From Podarcis gaigeae (taxonomy: Eukaryota): a DNA stretch of 64,000 bases. The number at the start of each line of letters is the position of its first letter. Position 1 is the stretch's first letter. Shown here piece by piece: positions 24,660-37,354 of this stretch. The stretch lies in assembly GCA_964106915.2 (NCBI GenBank), contig OZ066919.1; one strand, written 5' to 3'. The notes under the pieces are model-generated. The model saw only the letters and a list, made by a program, of their open reading frames with translations. It was not told where the DNA came from and searched no databases. The position numbers and the translations under genes are program-made.

Positions 24660-25410
24660 GTTAGTGCTTATAGCTGGCAAAACAAGTAGAGAGATCTCTT
24701 AAGTTCAGCAGGAGTGTGAAAGGAAGAATGGTGGAAGCTTTTGTAGAGACCGCTTGCTGGCTAAGAATTTCAAGTAGTTAGCTGTCTATTTCAGGAGTTT
24801 AAAGAGAGGCGAGTGATGGTGAAAAAGATCTAGTGAGCTAGCTTTTCTACAAGTTAGCTATTTTCTATCAATGAACACATCTTGTTAGACCCGGGGGGGG
24901 GGGGGAGTGTGGTTGTTCCAAAAAAGTTGTCCCCTACCATTCAACCAAAAAAGTTTAAAGACAATAAAGGACATGAGAAATAATGTTATTCTTTGATACA
25001 TGGGTTGCCTTCCTGTTTTTGGTTCCCTCTTTATAGCTTGCATTGTGCTGCCAACATCCAACTTCTAACCCTAACCAGTTATATTCAATTGTAATTACAG
25101 CTGTGTTTACAGTTTAATATTTTGAGATGTTCGTATATTGGTACAGAAACTCAGCAGGCCAAGAGCTGAAATTTGTATTATACTTGTTTGCATGTATAAA
25201 CAAGCCTGAAGACCCCCCCTTTTTTTAAAAGGCAAATGAACTGTAGGAGGAGGCAATGCAAGAGGGAGCAATATTTTTCCCAATAGCAGAAATGCCTGAG
25301 TTAAAGATCAAATGTTTCTTTTTGGTGTGAAATCTAAACCAATTTGTTGTCCACTTGATTCACTTATCTAACACTGCATTTTGTTATTATTTATTGCCTC
25401 CTCCATTTAG

Positions 25411-25602
25411 GGAGAAGATCCATATTACACAGAAAATGGTAGCCATGGCAACACTGTGGTTTCTGTGGCCTCTCATGAGCAGTCTGACCTGCAGGATAAA
25501 CCAAACTTCAATGGAGGGGCTCGGGAAAATGGGACTGGTCAACCAACCTCAAAAAATGGACATTCAACCAAGCCCCATGTTGTGGCTGATACTGAACTGT
25601 GA
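25411..25602 (+). CDS. CD34: CD34 exon 8 (cytoplasmic tail to stop codon)
   Basis: [14 protein letters not shown]...[29 protein letters not shown]; [10 protein letters not shown] and the terminal HVVADTEL motif match mammalian CD34. Confidence 0.98.
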   Translation, partial: GEDPYYTENGSHGNTVVSVASHEQSDLQDKPNFNGGARENGTGQPTSKNGHSTKPHVVADTEL

Positions 25603-26047
25603 AAAGGATATGGCCAAAAGTCTTATTAACATGGCTTGAAAGACCAGAGTGGAAATATAGAGGAGCTAGAGTGCAAGGGTGCCATAAATGGAATCATTAT
25701 CCTTTTATTTTTACAAAGAATTCAAAAATCCCATTCCAAAGCATACATTTTTAATGAGCTGCCACAGGACTTAGGGGTGTGTACAAGCTTTCGTTTGTAC
25801 ACACTTTCGTTTATACAAGCTTTCATTTGTACATGAAGTTAGCAAGCTGCTTCAATGGGCTTGTTCATAGTATATTTTTTTGCTCTCTCTCAGACCAAAA
25901 TGAGATGTGACTGTCCCTTACAACCATCTATCTAGGGAAATGATAGGGGTGCTTCTCTAGAAATTTAGAGTAGATTTATCATTGTTAGGAATTTGATTTT
26001 CAGCTCCAGTGCTGATTAGGGGGAGGAATGATCTCTTCACAGTGAGA

Positions 26048-26057
26048 ATAAATAAAA
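26048..26057 (+). terminator. Candidate proximal polyadenylation signal of CD34
   Basis: Overlapping AATAAATAAA about 450 nt after the stop codon; usage unverified. Confidence 0.35.
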
Positions 26058-29000
26058 ATAATGAACAATAAGGCATTTAACCACCTAGGTCAACTATTCT
26101 GAGTACTGATGCACATGATGACCCTTTTCTTATGACCCTTTTCAACACAAGAGAACCGGTGAATGCTCAAACACATGGCTGTATTTTGCCTCAACCTAGC
26201 TCAACCCACATTTAATTTTTTTCAAGATACAAAAAATTGCCATTTGGATGCATGTAAGGTGTATTTATTGGTCCAAGTCACTATACTAAATCACTGAAAA
26301 GGCAACCTGAGAGTTAAACAAATTGTGTGCATCAAACCTCAGGAAACCCACCAACATTCTTACTTCTTTGGTAGGTACCATTTGTCATTCCCACATCCAG
26401 ATCCAGCTCAGACATCTCACTCCAGCCTTTCTACTATGTGATGCAATGCCCTTAACACATACTGACAAGAACTCAGCAGCCGACCCCGCAAGCCTTCTGA
26501 AGTACCATTTGGCAATCACCAAACAACATTAAACACTTCAATAGACTTGCTTTCAGCAGAAAACTAGATGGTTTTTCAGGTGAAAAACATTCTAAAATAT
26601 TGAAAGGCAGTTCCATATTCAGCTAGGAACTGGCATAGGTAACTGGCCCAAAACTACAAATGTTGCTCATGTCAGCGAAATATTTCAGCTAGAAGATTCT
26701 GTCTCCATTATTCCTAGAATAACATGTAAACAGAAGCAATGACATAAAGCAAATGATGTCGGCTAGGAATCAGGGGTCGCTAATCAGTGTCCCCCAAGAT
26801 ACTGTTGGGCTCCAGCCCCCATCAGCTCCAGTCGGCATGGCTGATAGCCAGTGATTGTGGATTTTCATAGAATCATAGAATTGTAAGGGATCCCAAGGGT
26901 TAACCCCCTGCAATGCAGGAATCTCAACACCCATCTAATTTAAAACCATACAAGACCCTGTGTGGCTTTGCAAATGTGTTAGCAGTTTTATTGTTGCACC
27001 ATTGTAGTCCAACAACACTTGAGGGCCACAGGTTCCCCTGCTATAAAGAACAGAACAAGTCTTAAAAACATTGTTCTCAATCCTAATGAAGCTAGTCCTG
27101 TTGAAATTAATGGGACAAATCAGTTACAGTTAAATTGATTGTACTGTCAGTTCTCTTAAGCCTGCAGTCTTACGTGGAAATAAGCTGTATTGAACTTGTA
27201 TATGACTTTTGTTGTAAATTAAGTAAACTGACTGTTTGGATGCTTTGAACCCTGTTTCGAAACAAACAAATGAGAATATGTTTGCAAATGTAAATCTTTG
27301 CCTTAATCACATCTGGTGTCTCTCTTTATATATATTTGTTTTGCTCTATATATTTGTCTCCCCCCCCCCCAAAAAAAAAAGAATACTAGGAAGCGGTTTC
27401 CTTATGTTGTGCTTTATTATTCCTATCCCCCATGTTAAATGCCATTCTGGGTTTTGTTGACTCTGTATTATTATTTTTGTATGTTGTACAATACAGTACA
27501 AAATATGAATAGGCTTTGAAATGAATTACCTTTTCTTCCCCCAACCCAGTCAGTATGATCATTATTATTTTACATTTAAACTTACAGATTATCAATAGGG
27601 ATAATACAGGAAATTCTAATATGAATGATGCTTGGATCTTGGACCAAATAGTTAAGGGATAATGTGTCCACCATCCAGTAACTTAGGCCCCATCTTCACA
27701 ACACATTTTAAGCAGTACTGTAGCACTTTAAACAGTCACGGCTTCCCACAAAGAATGCAGCTTATTAAGGGCACTAACAGTTGTTAGAAGACCACTATTT
27801 ACCACATTGAGCTACGATTCTCAGAGTGGCTTAACATCCTGTCCCTCATTCAGGAGAACGCTACAGTAAGCTAAAGGAGCAACAACCAGGTAGGCTACTG
27901 CCACTGCCACCCCCCCATTATCTGTCACCAGAGGTGGTTGCCTTGCTCTGCCTAATGGTAGAGCCAGCCCAGGTAATAATTAACTGATATTTTACATTTA
28001 TTATATTAAGGCAGGTGTATTGTAAAACAAAGAACTTTATTTAAACAAGCTTTCTTTGACTCCTAACTCTCTCTGACACACCTGCTCTCTATACCGAATC
28101 ACTTCCTGGTAGCTGTTCCCTTAACCTGTGCCTTCCCTCTGTTTTATTAAGTTTCTCCTGCTGACATCAGTCCTTAACCTTCTTACTTAGTTCCACATAC
28201 ATTGATACAGTGGGTGGGTGTATATTAAGACTGCAATCACCTGGGGCATGTGGATAATGACCTAATCTATGGGAGGGCTTTCAGATGTCTATCAATTAAC
28301 CACACCCACTTTTGTGGCCAGCTGAATCTATAACCAATCTGAATTGAAAGCATGTTGAAGAGGAGCAGGAACAATTCCGGATTGAGAAAAGGTACATTTT
28401 TGTGTTGCAAATGGGTTTATTGTGTATGTGGCCTGAGGCAGCTTTGTGACTGCAGACCAGCACACTCTCAAGTCTCTCAACTGAGAAAAGGATTAACAGT
28501 GATATCATTTGAAATACTTAGCATTTAGCCGCTTTGATTATGTTTTATACTGAATCATGAGATAGAAGGTGTCATGAGTAAACTGAGTTTGTGTAATACT
28601 TTTGAGTATTCAAAACAAATGCATTGTCTGTAAAATAGGGGTGGGGAACTTCAGGCCTGAGGCCTAGCTGCAGCCTTCCAGGCCTTTCTATAGGGCCCTC
28701 AGAACTCTCCCCAGACCAGAAGAGAACACAGGCCCTTCGGCTGAAAAAGGTTTCCCCACCTGTGCTGTAATGGAAGGATTTTCATTCTCACTTTACAGAT
28801 TAAAGCAAATAAGAATGCTGAGGCCAGGCCTTCCCAATTCATAGTTCAGTCACTTATGCAGAGATTTTGCACAGATACAATGAAAGCTTTCTGTTAGTAG
28901 GGATAGATTGAATGCCAGAGCCAGATGGTAGTCACTTGATTTTAGCCTTAACTTATGGCATTATGACTAAAAATCAGTATAGCACTGTCTGGGCTGAGGC

Positions 29001-32000
29001 AATCATGGGAATGGACCCTGAGTTGTGTCAGGCTCCCTTTCTCACATTACATTAGTGGTGCAGGAGCTATTACAGTACAGCTTCTTTCTATGGCACTCAG
29101 GTGAAAGGAGACAGTCTGAGCCAAATGGAAGGTATTTTTTGCTGCGACTCTTCCCACTATCTCTGCTAAAGCCAGAAAGCACCCAGGTTCTAGGTGAAGA
29201 AGAAAGGAGGGCACCCTTCTCCCAGGTTTTCTGCACATAAACCGACACACAACACACACACACGATTCTTTAAATGTCGAGAAGCATTTCTCTTCAGAAC
29301 CTTTGACCTTCCAGATGTTACTGAATTCCAATTCCCATCATCCTTGGCCATCAGCCATGCTTGCTGGGCCTTGTGAGGGTTGGAATTCAGCAACATCTGG
29401 CGCTCAGTAGGTTCCACACACTGGGTTTAAAGGATCCTGAGGAGAGCAGTGCAGTGACTGACAGGGAACTCCCATCCCAGCCAAGAACCTGTGCCTGGTC
29501 TCAACTTTTGGGAGCAGCATGAGGGCAGCCCTTTCCTTTTCCCTCTGCAGTTTTAAGTGGAGTAGAGGTGAGGAGATTCTTCTGCTGGTGTAGCTCCCCT
29601 CTTCCACCACCAGTTTTCGCTGCTGGAAGCATCTGCCTGCTAGCTACCCACATTGCTAATGTGGGTAGTTTTATATAAGATGATATTCTTCTTGGAGGCC
29701 TTTAGGAGTTGCAATTGAACAAACTATCACATGTCATAAATCAAGACTGTGCCTACAACTAAAGTAAGAATCAGGAAATAAATTCATTTCCTAGAACTTA
29801 ATTTTGCTGTTCATTTTAGTGAATCTTTTGACATACCTCTGCTCTGCCTCAGGCAAATTTCTCAGCTCAGAAAAAAAATAAATGTAGCCTGATCTGTGGT
29901 GACATAAGAAAACAAATGCTGTTCCCAAACAGTCTGAACCCAAAGGAAATACAGTGCATTTTTCCAGCAGAGGTGCAGAACATGAGAGAATTCCAGTCCG
30001 GAAAGGCAGTGCTCAGAGCTACAGGAAGTTTCCCCCAAGTGTGTAAACACAGTCAGGCTTGGCTTGAACAAAACTGAAGGTGCTATTACTCCTTCCTTAT
30101 CAATCTACATGCATTTCTTCCTTGCAGAAATTCCTCCTTAATCTTTTGCTTTGAAAGTTCAGAAGGTGATAAGAGTTTCTCCCTCCCTAATTTCTTAACA
30201 GTTTCTCTGCTATAAGAAAGTAATGGAAGTAATCTAATACTTCATCTTATTTGGATCTATAGGTGGCTTCTTACTATTAGAAGTGCAAGAGCCTAGTACC
30301 TCATGGAAACAATAATATGCCACCTATTGCAGGGAGAATTGTTTCATTGAACTACACTATCCTGTGCTGTGCAATTATTTAAGTGGCAGAGGTAAAAAAA
30401 TGCAGGGTAATAGGTTCTATGATTGCCAGATGCAAAAGAGGACAGGGGATTCCTCCTCTGTGCATGTTGAAATTCCTCCTCTGTACTACTACTGGTGATG
30501 CAGATGTCCTTCTTATCTTTTGTATCCGGCTACTCTGTGAGATTCATCCCATCTCCAGTTTGAGGATTATAAGCAGCATGGGCTGGGAGAAAGATAGAGT
30601 CCTTGATAAGTCTCTTGCCAACCATAGCTAAATAGGCCAGTGTTCATAAGTTACATTTTATGTCTGATGCATTGTGAGAAATATTGCGAGGCTAATAATG
30701 GCTTTCTTGAAGGACTGTTTCTTACAACACATGGTAAAAACGTGTGCAGTCATGTTCCCTAGGCTGATGGTTCCAAAATCAAAGGGATTTTGCTCATTTT
30801 CTGGACCAGCTAGTCAGCTCCAAATTGAGTTACTGTCTCCTCTGTTGTCAAGTTGCTGTGAGCTACAAGTTGGTCAAGAACCCACCTTGCAAAGAATGGA
30901 TAAACCACCCATTATTTCAAAGATAACTTTTTCTTTAAATAATGCCTTTGTTTTTATGGGGAAATGTGATACATGGCAGTTCAGTGCGCATTTTCATTCA
31001 ATTACAATTGGAATTGTCTGAAGAATTTAAGTTAGCCCATTAGATTTCTACATGAGTCAGTGAACACATTGACCTGCTCTAGAACTTCAAAGAGAAACCG
31101 GGAATGGTCACATTCACAACTCCTCTGGACTGGGCCAAAGTTCGGAATAAATGACCAACACCTGCATAGGGCTTTAGACTTTAAACCAATTACAAGTGTC
31201 TAACTCAAATTCTACTCCTAACACCAATGGGTTTTTTTTTATTACTTCTTTGGAAACTCTTAATAATCCTTCCTCTTGGTGGGATTGAAGGCTATTAGGA
31301 TTTTCCCAGCTGGGTGTAACTGAATAACTGTGTCTGTGAGATCTTGTTAATAACACAGTTTAAGGGAGCATTTCCAGTGTAAAACATTAAGAAGCTGTGG
31401 TTTCTGGCAGGCCACAAACACTCCACCCTGCTGGTGTGAACAGACACATTGGGAGTCTCATAAGAAAGCATAAACACGTTGCTAGTGTTTCCATAAAATC
31501 AACTCATTATGCTGCAAATGTCATTCTATCTTTATCTTACTTCCCACCCCCCTGAAAGCAGAAGTGCATTCCAGTCCTATTAATGTTTACTCAGAAGCCA
31601 CACTAGAATTCAGTGGGACTTAGCCCTAGTAAGTGTGGCTACGAATGCAGCTCAAATTCCTTAAAGGACTTTTAAATGTATGGGTTACTGATAGCAAAAA
31701 GATAAGTTTTTCATTTCACCATGTCCGTCTCTCCTACACATACTTATTTGCTGTAAGAATTTTATTCTCTTCACTAGTATTCTGGCAGATCACAAATGCT
31801 GGTAAGTGGCAGCATTCTGCCAAGCTGGTCTAGCAGTAGTATACACAGAGTCAGAGACCTCCTTGCCAAGTACAAACCCAAAGATCTCAATAGAGAGTCA
31901 CCTCCACCTGATCCTAACCCCCACCCCAGCAACGTAGATCAGGAGTTAGGATTTCACTGTAAGCATGCTTAGGATTGCAGCCTTATTTTCAGTTTCCCTC

Positions 32001-32400
32001 AATATTTATACAGAGCTGCAAGTACTTTCCACCCCTTTGGTGAGGCTCTTTTGCCTTTGAATAGCTGCCTGTTTGCTAGTTTAACTGCTACTTTACTGCA
32101 TATCTGGAAGTTGTGAGGACACAGCAGCCCTAAAAGTTAACAAAACATACGTCTATATTCAAGGGTCATGGCAGTGAATATTATTTGTTATAATGTGGTG
32201 CACAGTTGGCCTGGGGGGGGGAGGCTAATTACAATATTAGAGCCAGAAATGATGAATACCAAAGTCCTTATGTTCAGTTTGAGGAAAAGAGGTACTAAAG
32301 CTGCAATCCTAATCCCACTAAACAATATTGAATTCAATAGGACGTCTGAGTAGACATGGTGAAGGCTGTGTGCAAACTATACTTTTAAAGTATACCTTTG

Positions 32401-34083
32401 TTTTTTTGTTTTTTAATTAATTTTTTATTGATTTTCCAACACAGATTACAAACAAAATATCACACACACATAAACAAACAAAACATATAGACATTTATAA
32501 TTTCAAGACCTCTTTTTCATTAACCTTACTTCCCAGACTTCCCCTTACCTCCCCTTTTCTGCATCCCTGTTTTAAAATTTCTTCAACAACCCCTCACACC
32601 AATTAACTGATTACTTATTTTCTTTTTTAGCTTCTTCTCATACTTAATCAATTACAGCTGTAATTCTATATTTTCCTTTCCCTTGACATTTTAGCACTCA
32701 TTAATTTTACAACAGTTCTTAAGATATACTTTAAATTTCTTCCAATCTTCTTCCACCGTCTCTTTTTCTTGGTCACGGATTCTGCCGGTCATCTCCGCAA
32801 GTCCCATGTAGTCAATCACCTTCGTCTGCCATTCTTCCAGCGTGGGTAGTTCTTGCGTCTTCCAATACTTTGCTAAAAGAATCCTTGCTGCTGTGGTGGC
32901 ATACATAAAAAACATCCTATCCTTCTTAGACACCAATTGGCCGACCATGCCCAGGAGAAATGCCTCTGGTTTCTTATGAAACGTACATTTAAGTACCTTC
33001 TTAATTTCGTTATAAATCATTTCCCAGAAGACCTTAATCCTCGGGCAAGTCCACCAAAGGTGGTAGAAAGTACCTTCAGTCTCGTTACATTTCCAACATT
33101 TATTATTGGGCAAATGATAAATTTTTGCAAGCTTGACTGGGGTCATGTACCACCTGTAAATCATTTTCATAATATTTTCTCTTAAGGCATTACATGCCGT
33201 AAATTTTATACCGGTGGTCCATAACTGTTCCCAGTCAGCAAACATAATATCATGACCAATGTCTTGTGCCCACTTAATCATGGCTGATTTAACAGTCTCA
33301 TCTAGTGTGTTCCATTTCAACAGCAGGTTATACATTCTTGACAGATTCTTAGTATTGGGTTCTAACAGTTCTGTTTCTAGTTTTGATCTCTCCACCTGGA
33401 AGCCAATTTTTCTGTCTTGTTTAAACACTTCCATTATTTGATGGTAGTGAAGCCAATCTCGTACTTTAGACTTCATTTTTTCATAATTCTGTAATTTAAT
33501 TTTTCCACTCTCTTGCTCCAAAATTTCACAATATTTTGGCCATTTGGATTCCATATTAAGTTTTTTCACCTCCTTAGCTTCCATTGGTGACAACCACCTA
33601 GGGGTTTTATTTTCCAACAAATCCTTGTATCGAATCCAAACATTATATAGTGCTTTCCTGACAATATGGTTTTTAAATCCTTTATGAGTTTTTACCTTGT
33701 CATACCATATATATGCATGCCAACCAAATCTATTATCAAACCCTTCCAAATCCAAAATGTCTGTATTCTCAAGAAGTAGCCAGTCTTTCAACCAGCAGAA
33801 AGCTGCCGATTCATAGTACAGTCTCAAGTCCGGCAGGGCAAACCCCCCTCTGTCTTTTGCATCTGTTAATATCTTAAATTATATTCTGGGCTTTTTGCCC
33901 TGCCAGACAAATTTAGATATATCTTTCTGCCACTTCTTGAAACAGTCCATTCTATCCACAATCTGTAGTGTCTGAAACAAAAATAGCATTCTAGGCAATA
34001 CATTCATCTTGATTACAGCAATTCGGCCTAACAAGGAAAGTCTCAAATTTGACCATATTTCTAGATCTTTCTTTACCTCTGTC
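32401..34083 (-). mobile_element. Young 5'-truncated L1-clade LINE (ORF2 C-terminal part, 3' UTR, polyA)
   Basis: Perfect 16-bp TSD TTAAAGTATACCTTTG (32385-32400 and 34084-34099); T-rich tail at 32401; ORF2 motifs [25 protein letters not shown] and zinc knuckle CWKCNETEGTFYHLWWTC. Confidence 0.95.
32691..34083 (-). pseudogene. L1 ORF2 fragment (post-RT region and zinc knuckle)
   Basis: 378-aa open frame 32691-33827; the same frame continues upstream past a TAA at 33879-33881 (KKPRI*FKILTD). Confidence 0.9.
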
Positions 34084-36774
34084 TTAAAGTATACCTTTGA
34101 AGCACATCCTCAAATAATTCTGGGCACTGTGGCTTACTCCTCACAGAGTTACAGTTCCCAGTAACACGTAACAAACAACAGCGCTCAGAATACTTTGAGG
34201 GAAAGAATGTGTTTTGAATGTTCTTTAAAGGTACAGTATAGATTGTACAGTAAGTTGCTGCCTGCCTCCCTTTATTCTTTACATATTGAAATAAAGAAAG
34301 CTAGACAGGGTGGGGGGACCTTTTTTTTTTAAGCATGTGATTTTGTTTTCCTTTGCACAGCTTGGCTCAGCTATAAAGAGAGCTGTATCTTTAGAACCAC
34401 ATCTGTGGTATGATAAAGTGCATGGTTGAATTCAAGATGTTTTCCTGACATATACAGACAAGAAAAATTATTATTAGACTTGGATCAGTTGAACTAAAGT
34501 ATTTGTACAAGTCAAGGAAACCACATATAAATGTTGGGGGGGGGGCAGATTCAACTCGAAAGCTGTGCTGGCTCCTGCAAGTACAATGGGCCCCGCTAGC
34601 ACGTTGAGGTTTCCCCTCCTTGTCCCATGTGTCCTTGCCCCCCCATTGGCTTGGGAGTTCAAGAGAACCCTAGAAACAGCACACAGGAAGAAGAGAGGAG
34701 AGATCAATCCACCTGGCAAGCAGAAATGCTTGTGCTCATAGTACGATATTGAATTCCATCCTAAGACAATGGCAAACTCATAAACTTTATTCAGTTACTG
34801 ACAACCAAGAGGAAATGGGGGCAGCTTCAAACTTCCGCTCACCACCTTATAAATTGTAAATTTCTGTATCTGTGATGTGTTGACAACTTCATGTTAGCTT
34901 AGCAATAAGGTTTTTATTGGGGGCCAAAATTATATCAATAGCTCACTGTGATTTTTCCAGGCATAGTAGCCAACTCCTTGAGGCCAATGTCTCTTCAACC
35001 TCCCCCCATAAAATATTTGAGGGGGGCAGGCCCCCCAAAAGTTGATAGGCATTGCCATTCAAATGGTATGTGCACGCTATGTCTTGAGACAGATTATGTG
35101 GGGTGGGGCTTACCTGCCCCCCCCCCAATATTTTATTCAAGTGAGTACCACTTCACAAAAGCAGCAAACTACAGAGAGAGTCACCTAGGCAGTTGGGATT
35201 CCTGGGGAAGATACGACAGAGTCCTAAGTTTTGACCTCTGGATCTGAGTTGGCGAACATGGTAGACTAGTCTTCTTACTGCTTTACATTGAACCAACAAG
35301 TTCATAAGATTGTGGTGGTCTGTTCCTTCTTTTTCTTGCTGAAGTGATGCATTTCAGCCTGAACACAGAACTTAAAGGCAGTTGCCTTGGGCCTACCCTG
35401 AACTTTCCTTTTCACCCAAGTACTTCAGAAGAACTAACTCCTGCAGGGCAGTGAATTATCTAATCCTCACAGCTCACTCTGTTCACAGACCAAAGGCACT
35501 GTGTCTACCTCACAGAAGCTGTGTATATCAAAGGGTACGTTGTGCTGACAGTAATGCTGTGGGTGAATCCTGTGATCTCTCTGCAGCCATAAGGCTCTAA
35601 CAGTAGAACAACAAAGAACGATCTTGGGGTGAACACTGTGGCTTTCAGTATTTCTTGGTGTCTTGCAAAATGTGTTTCTCTGTCTTGGGATTTTGAGTAG
35701 ACATGTAGTTGTACTGTCAGTATTGCAGCTTTTTATTTCACAGCTGACTCATGTATTTTGCACACTTGGGGGGAAGGTTTCTTCTGTGTTTTTAACTGCA
35801 GTTTGCAGATATTATCCGGGGATAATGTGTAGTTCCAGGACTATGAAAACATCAGCTTCTGATTTCTACTGATCAGGCTGCTTTAAAAAGCATTGGAGCA
35901 GCCCAGGATATTGTTTTCTCATCATTTAGCAACCCTAATTTAGAATCTCTCTGTTTTTCTATTTTTTTAAAAACCGAAGCAATGTTTCTGTTTCTCTTCT
36001 CTTCAATATACTTTTGTAAATCGAAGGCCCCTTATACACCTTGTAAGAAGTATCCCATTTAATCTAGCACAGGAGTTTTAATTAAATTGCATTCCTTATT
36101 CTTCTAGCAGAAATTGCTCTGCCCGTAGCCTGAAAAATTGGAAGAGCACACTTCATTTTGATCTTGGAGTAAAAGTCAGGATCAAGAGCAGCATGTCAGG
36201 AAAATAATATTTCTTTTGCTTTAAAATGTAGGTCGTTTTTGAAAATTAAATTAAGACTAGAAAAAAAAGTGAGGAGAACAGGAAGCACTGCCCTAAAGAC
36301 AGAAAGCAGCTTGTTGTTTGTTAGACAGGTTTGAGAAACATTACCATAAAATGTGTTACATGCAGCATTGCCAACTTCTAAACAGGCCCTTGTTGTTGTC
36401 ACTTCATGAGCAATTTGATCTGCAGCCATTGACAGATAGTGTTTATCTCCATGCCATGGGATGCTTCACTTGCTTATTTCTGCAGATCAAATTACTTGCG
36501 AGAGGCACAGGAATAGGCTAAGCAGCCATTACCTTTTCTTGGCCAGTTCACAACCACCCTAGCCATCTTGAACAGTTCTTGTGATCTTATTCAGTGCTTT
36601 GACCTTACTCAGCTCATGACACCCTCTCATTCTTACACTTTCTCCGAAAATAAGCTACTATTATAATGCCATCTTCTCAGCCTTGGAAGAAACATCCACC
36701 TAGAAGAGTAATAATCTAACATAGCTTTAGTGTCCAAAATGTTATCGAGAGTCCCTGGTGCAAAATTTATTTTT

Positions 36775-36965
36775 TTATTAGATATAGCCCATGTTTTCCC
36801 CAAGGAGCAAAAAGGTGGCATACATAATTCTTTACTCATTTTCATCTTACCCCATAACAGCCATGTGTGGTGAGTTAGACTGTGAGATGGTGACTGGACC
36901 AAAGTCACAGTGAGTTTAATGGCTGAAAGGAAATTTGAATGCAGAGTTGCAGTCTGACCACAATG
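36775..36965 (-). mobile_element. Decayed MIR/CORE-like SINE
   Basis: ttagactgtgagatggtgactggaccaaagtcacagtgagtttaatggctga...atttgaa pattern typical of a reverse-strand CORE SINE. Confidence 0.5.
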
Positions 36966-37290
36966 TCATAGAATTGCCATATTGCTCAATATTAATCCCT
37001 GATCTAATTTTGGAATAGTCATATTTGCTTAAAGATTAAGGTATCAATTGATCTTTATTACATTCTCTCCATGGGTTTTCTTTTCCATACTGTACTGGCA
37101 CACAAAAGCCCCCTCCTCATAATAACTTGTTCGCTGGAGACAAGGAAAATGGATTGATATGTCTTCACTAACAAATAGATATTTAGTAGAATATCAGACT
37201 TAGTCACTCATAGTCAGCATCATTCTTTCTAGAGGTATGCTTGTCTCGTAAAGCAAAACCAGTAGGATTTGAAGGTTCTTTGTGGTACAA

Positions 37291-37308
37291 TGCCGCCATC
37301 TGCTGCAC
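37291..37308 (-). promoter_or_regulatory. Candidate CTCF site
   Basis: Minus strand GTGCAGCAGATGGCGGCA, near the consensus CCAGCAGATGGCGC, with a retained CpG. Confidence 0.45.
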
Positions 37309-37354
37309 ACATTGATATTTTAACATTTGAAAGATGATGGAATATGCTAAATTA

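Noticed and set aside
28504-28516. atcatttgaaata as miR-29 mature sequence
   Set aside because: Lacks the TAGCACC seed and any hairpin; no miR-29 precursor was seen on either strand of the window.
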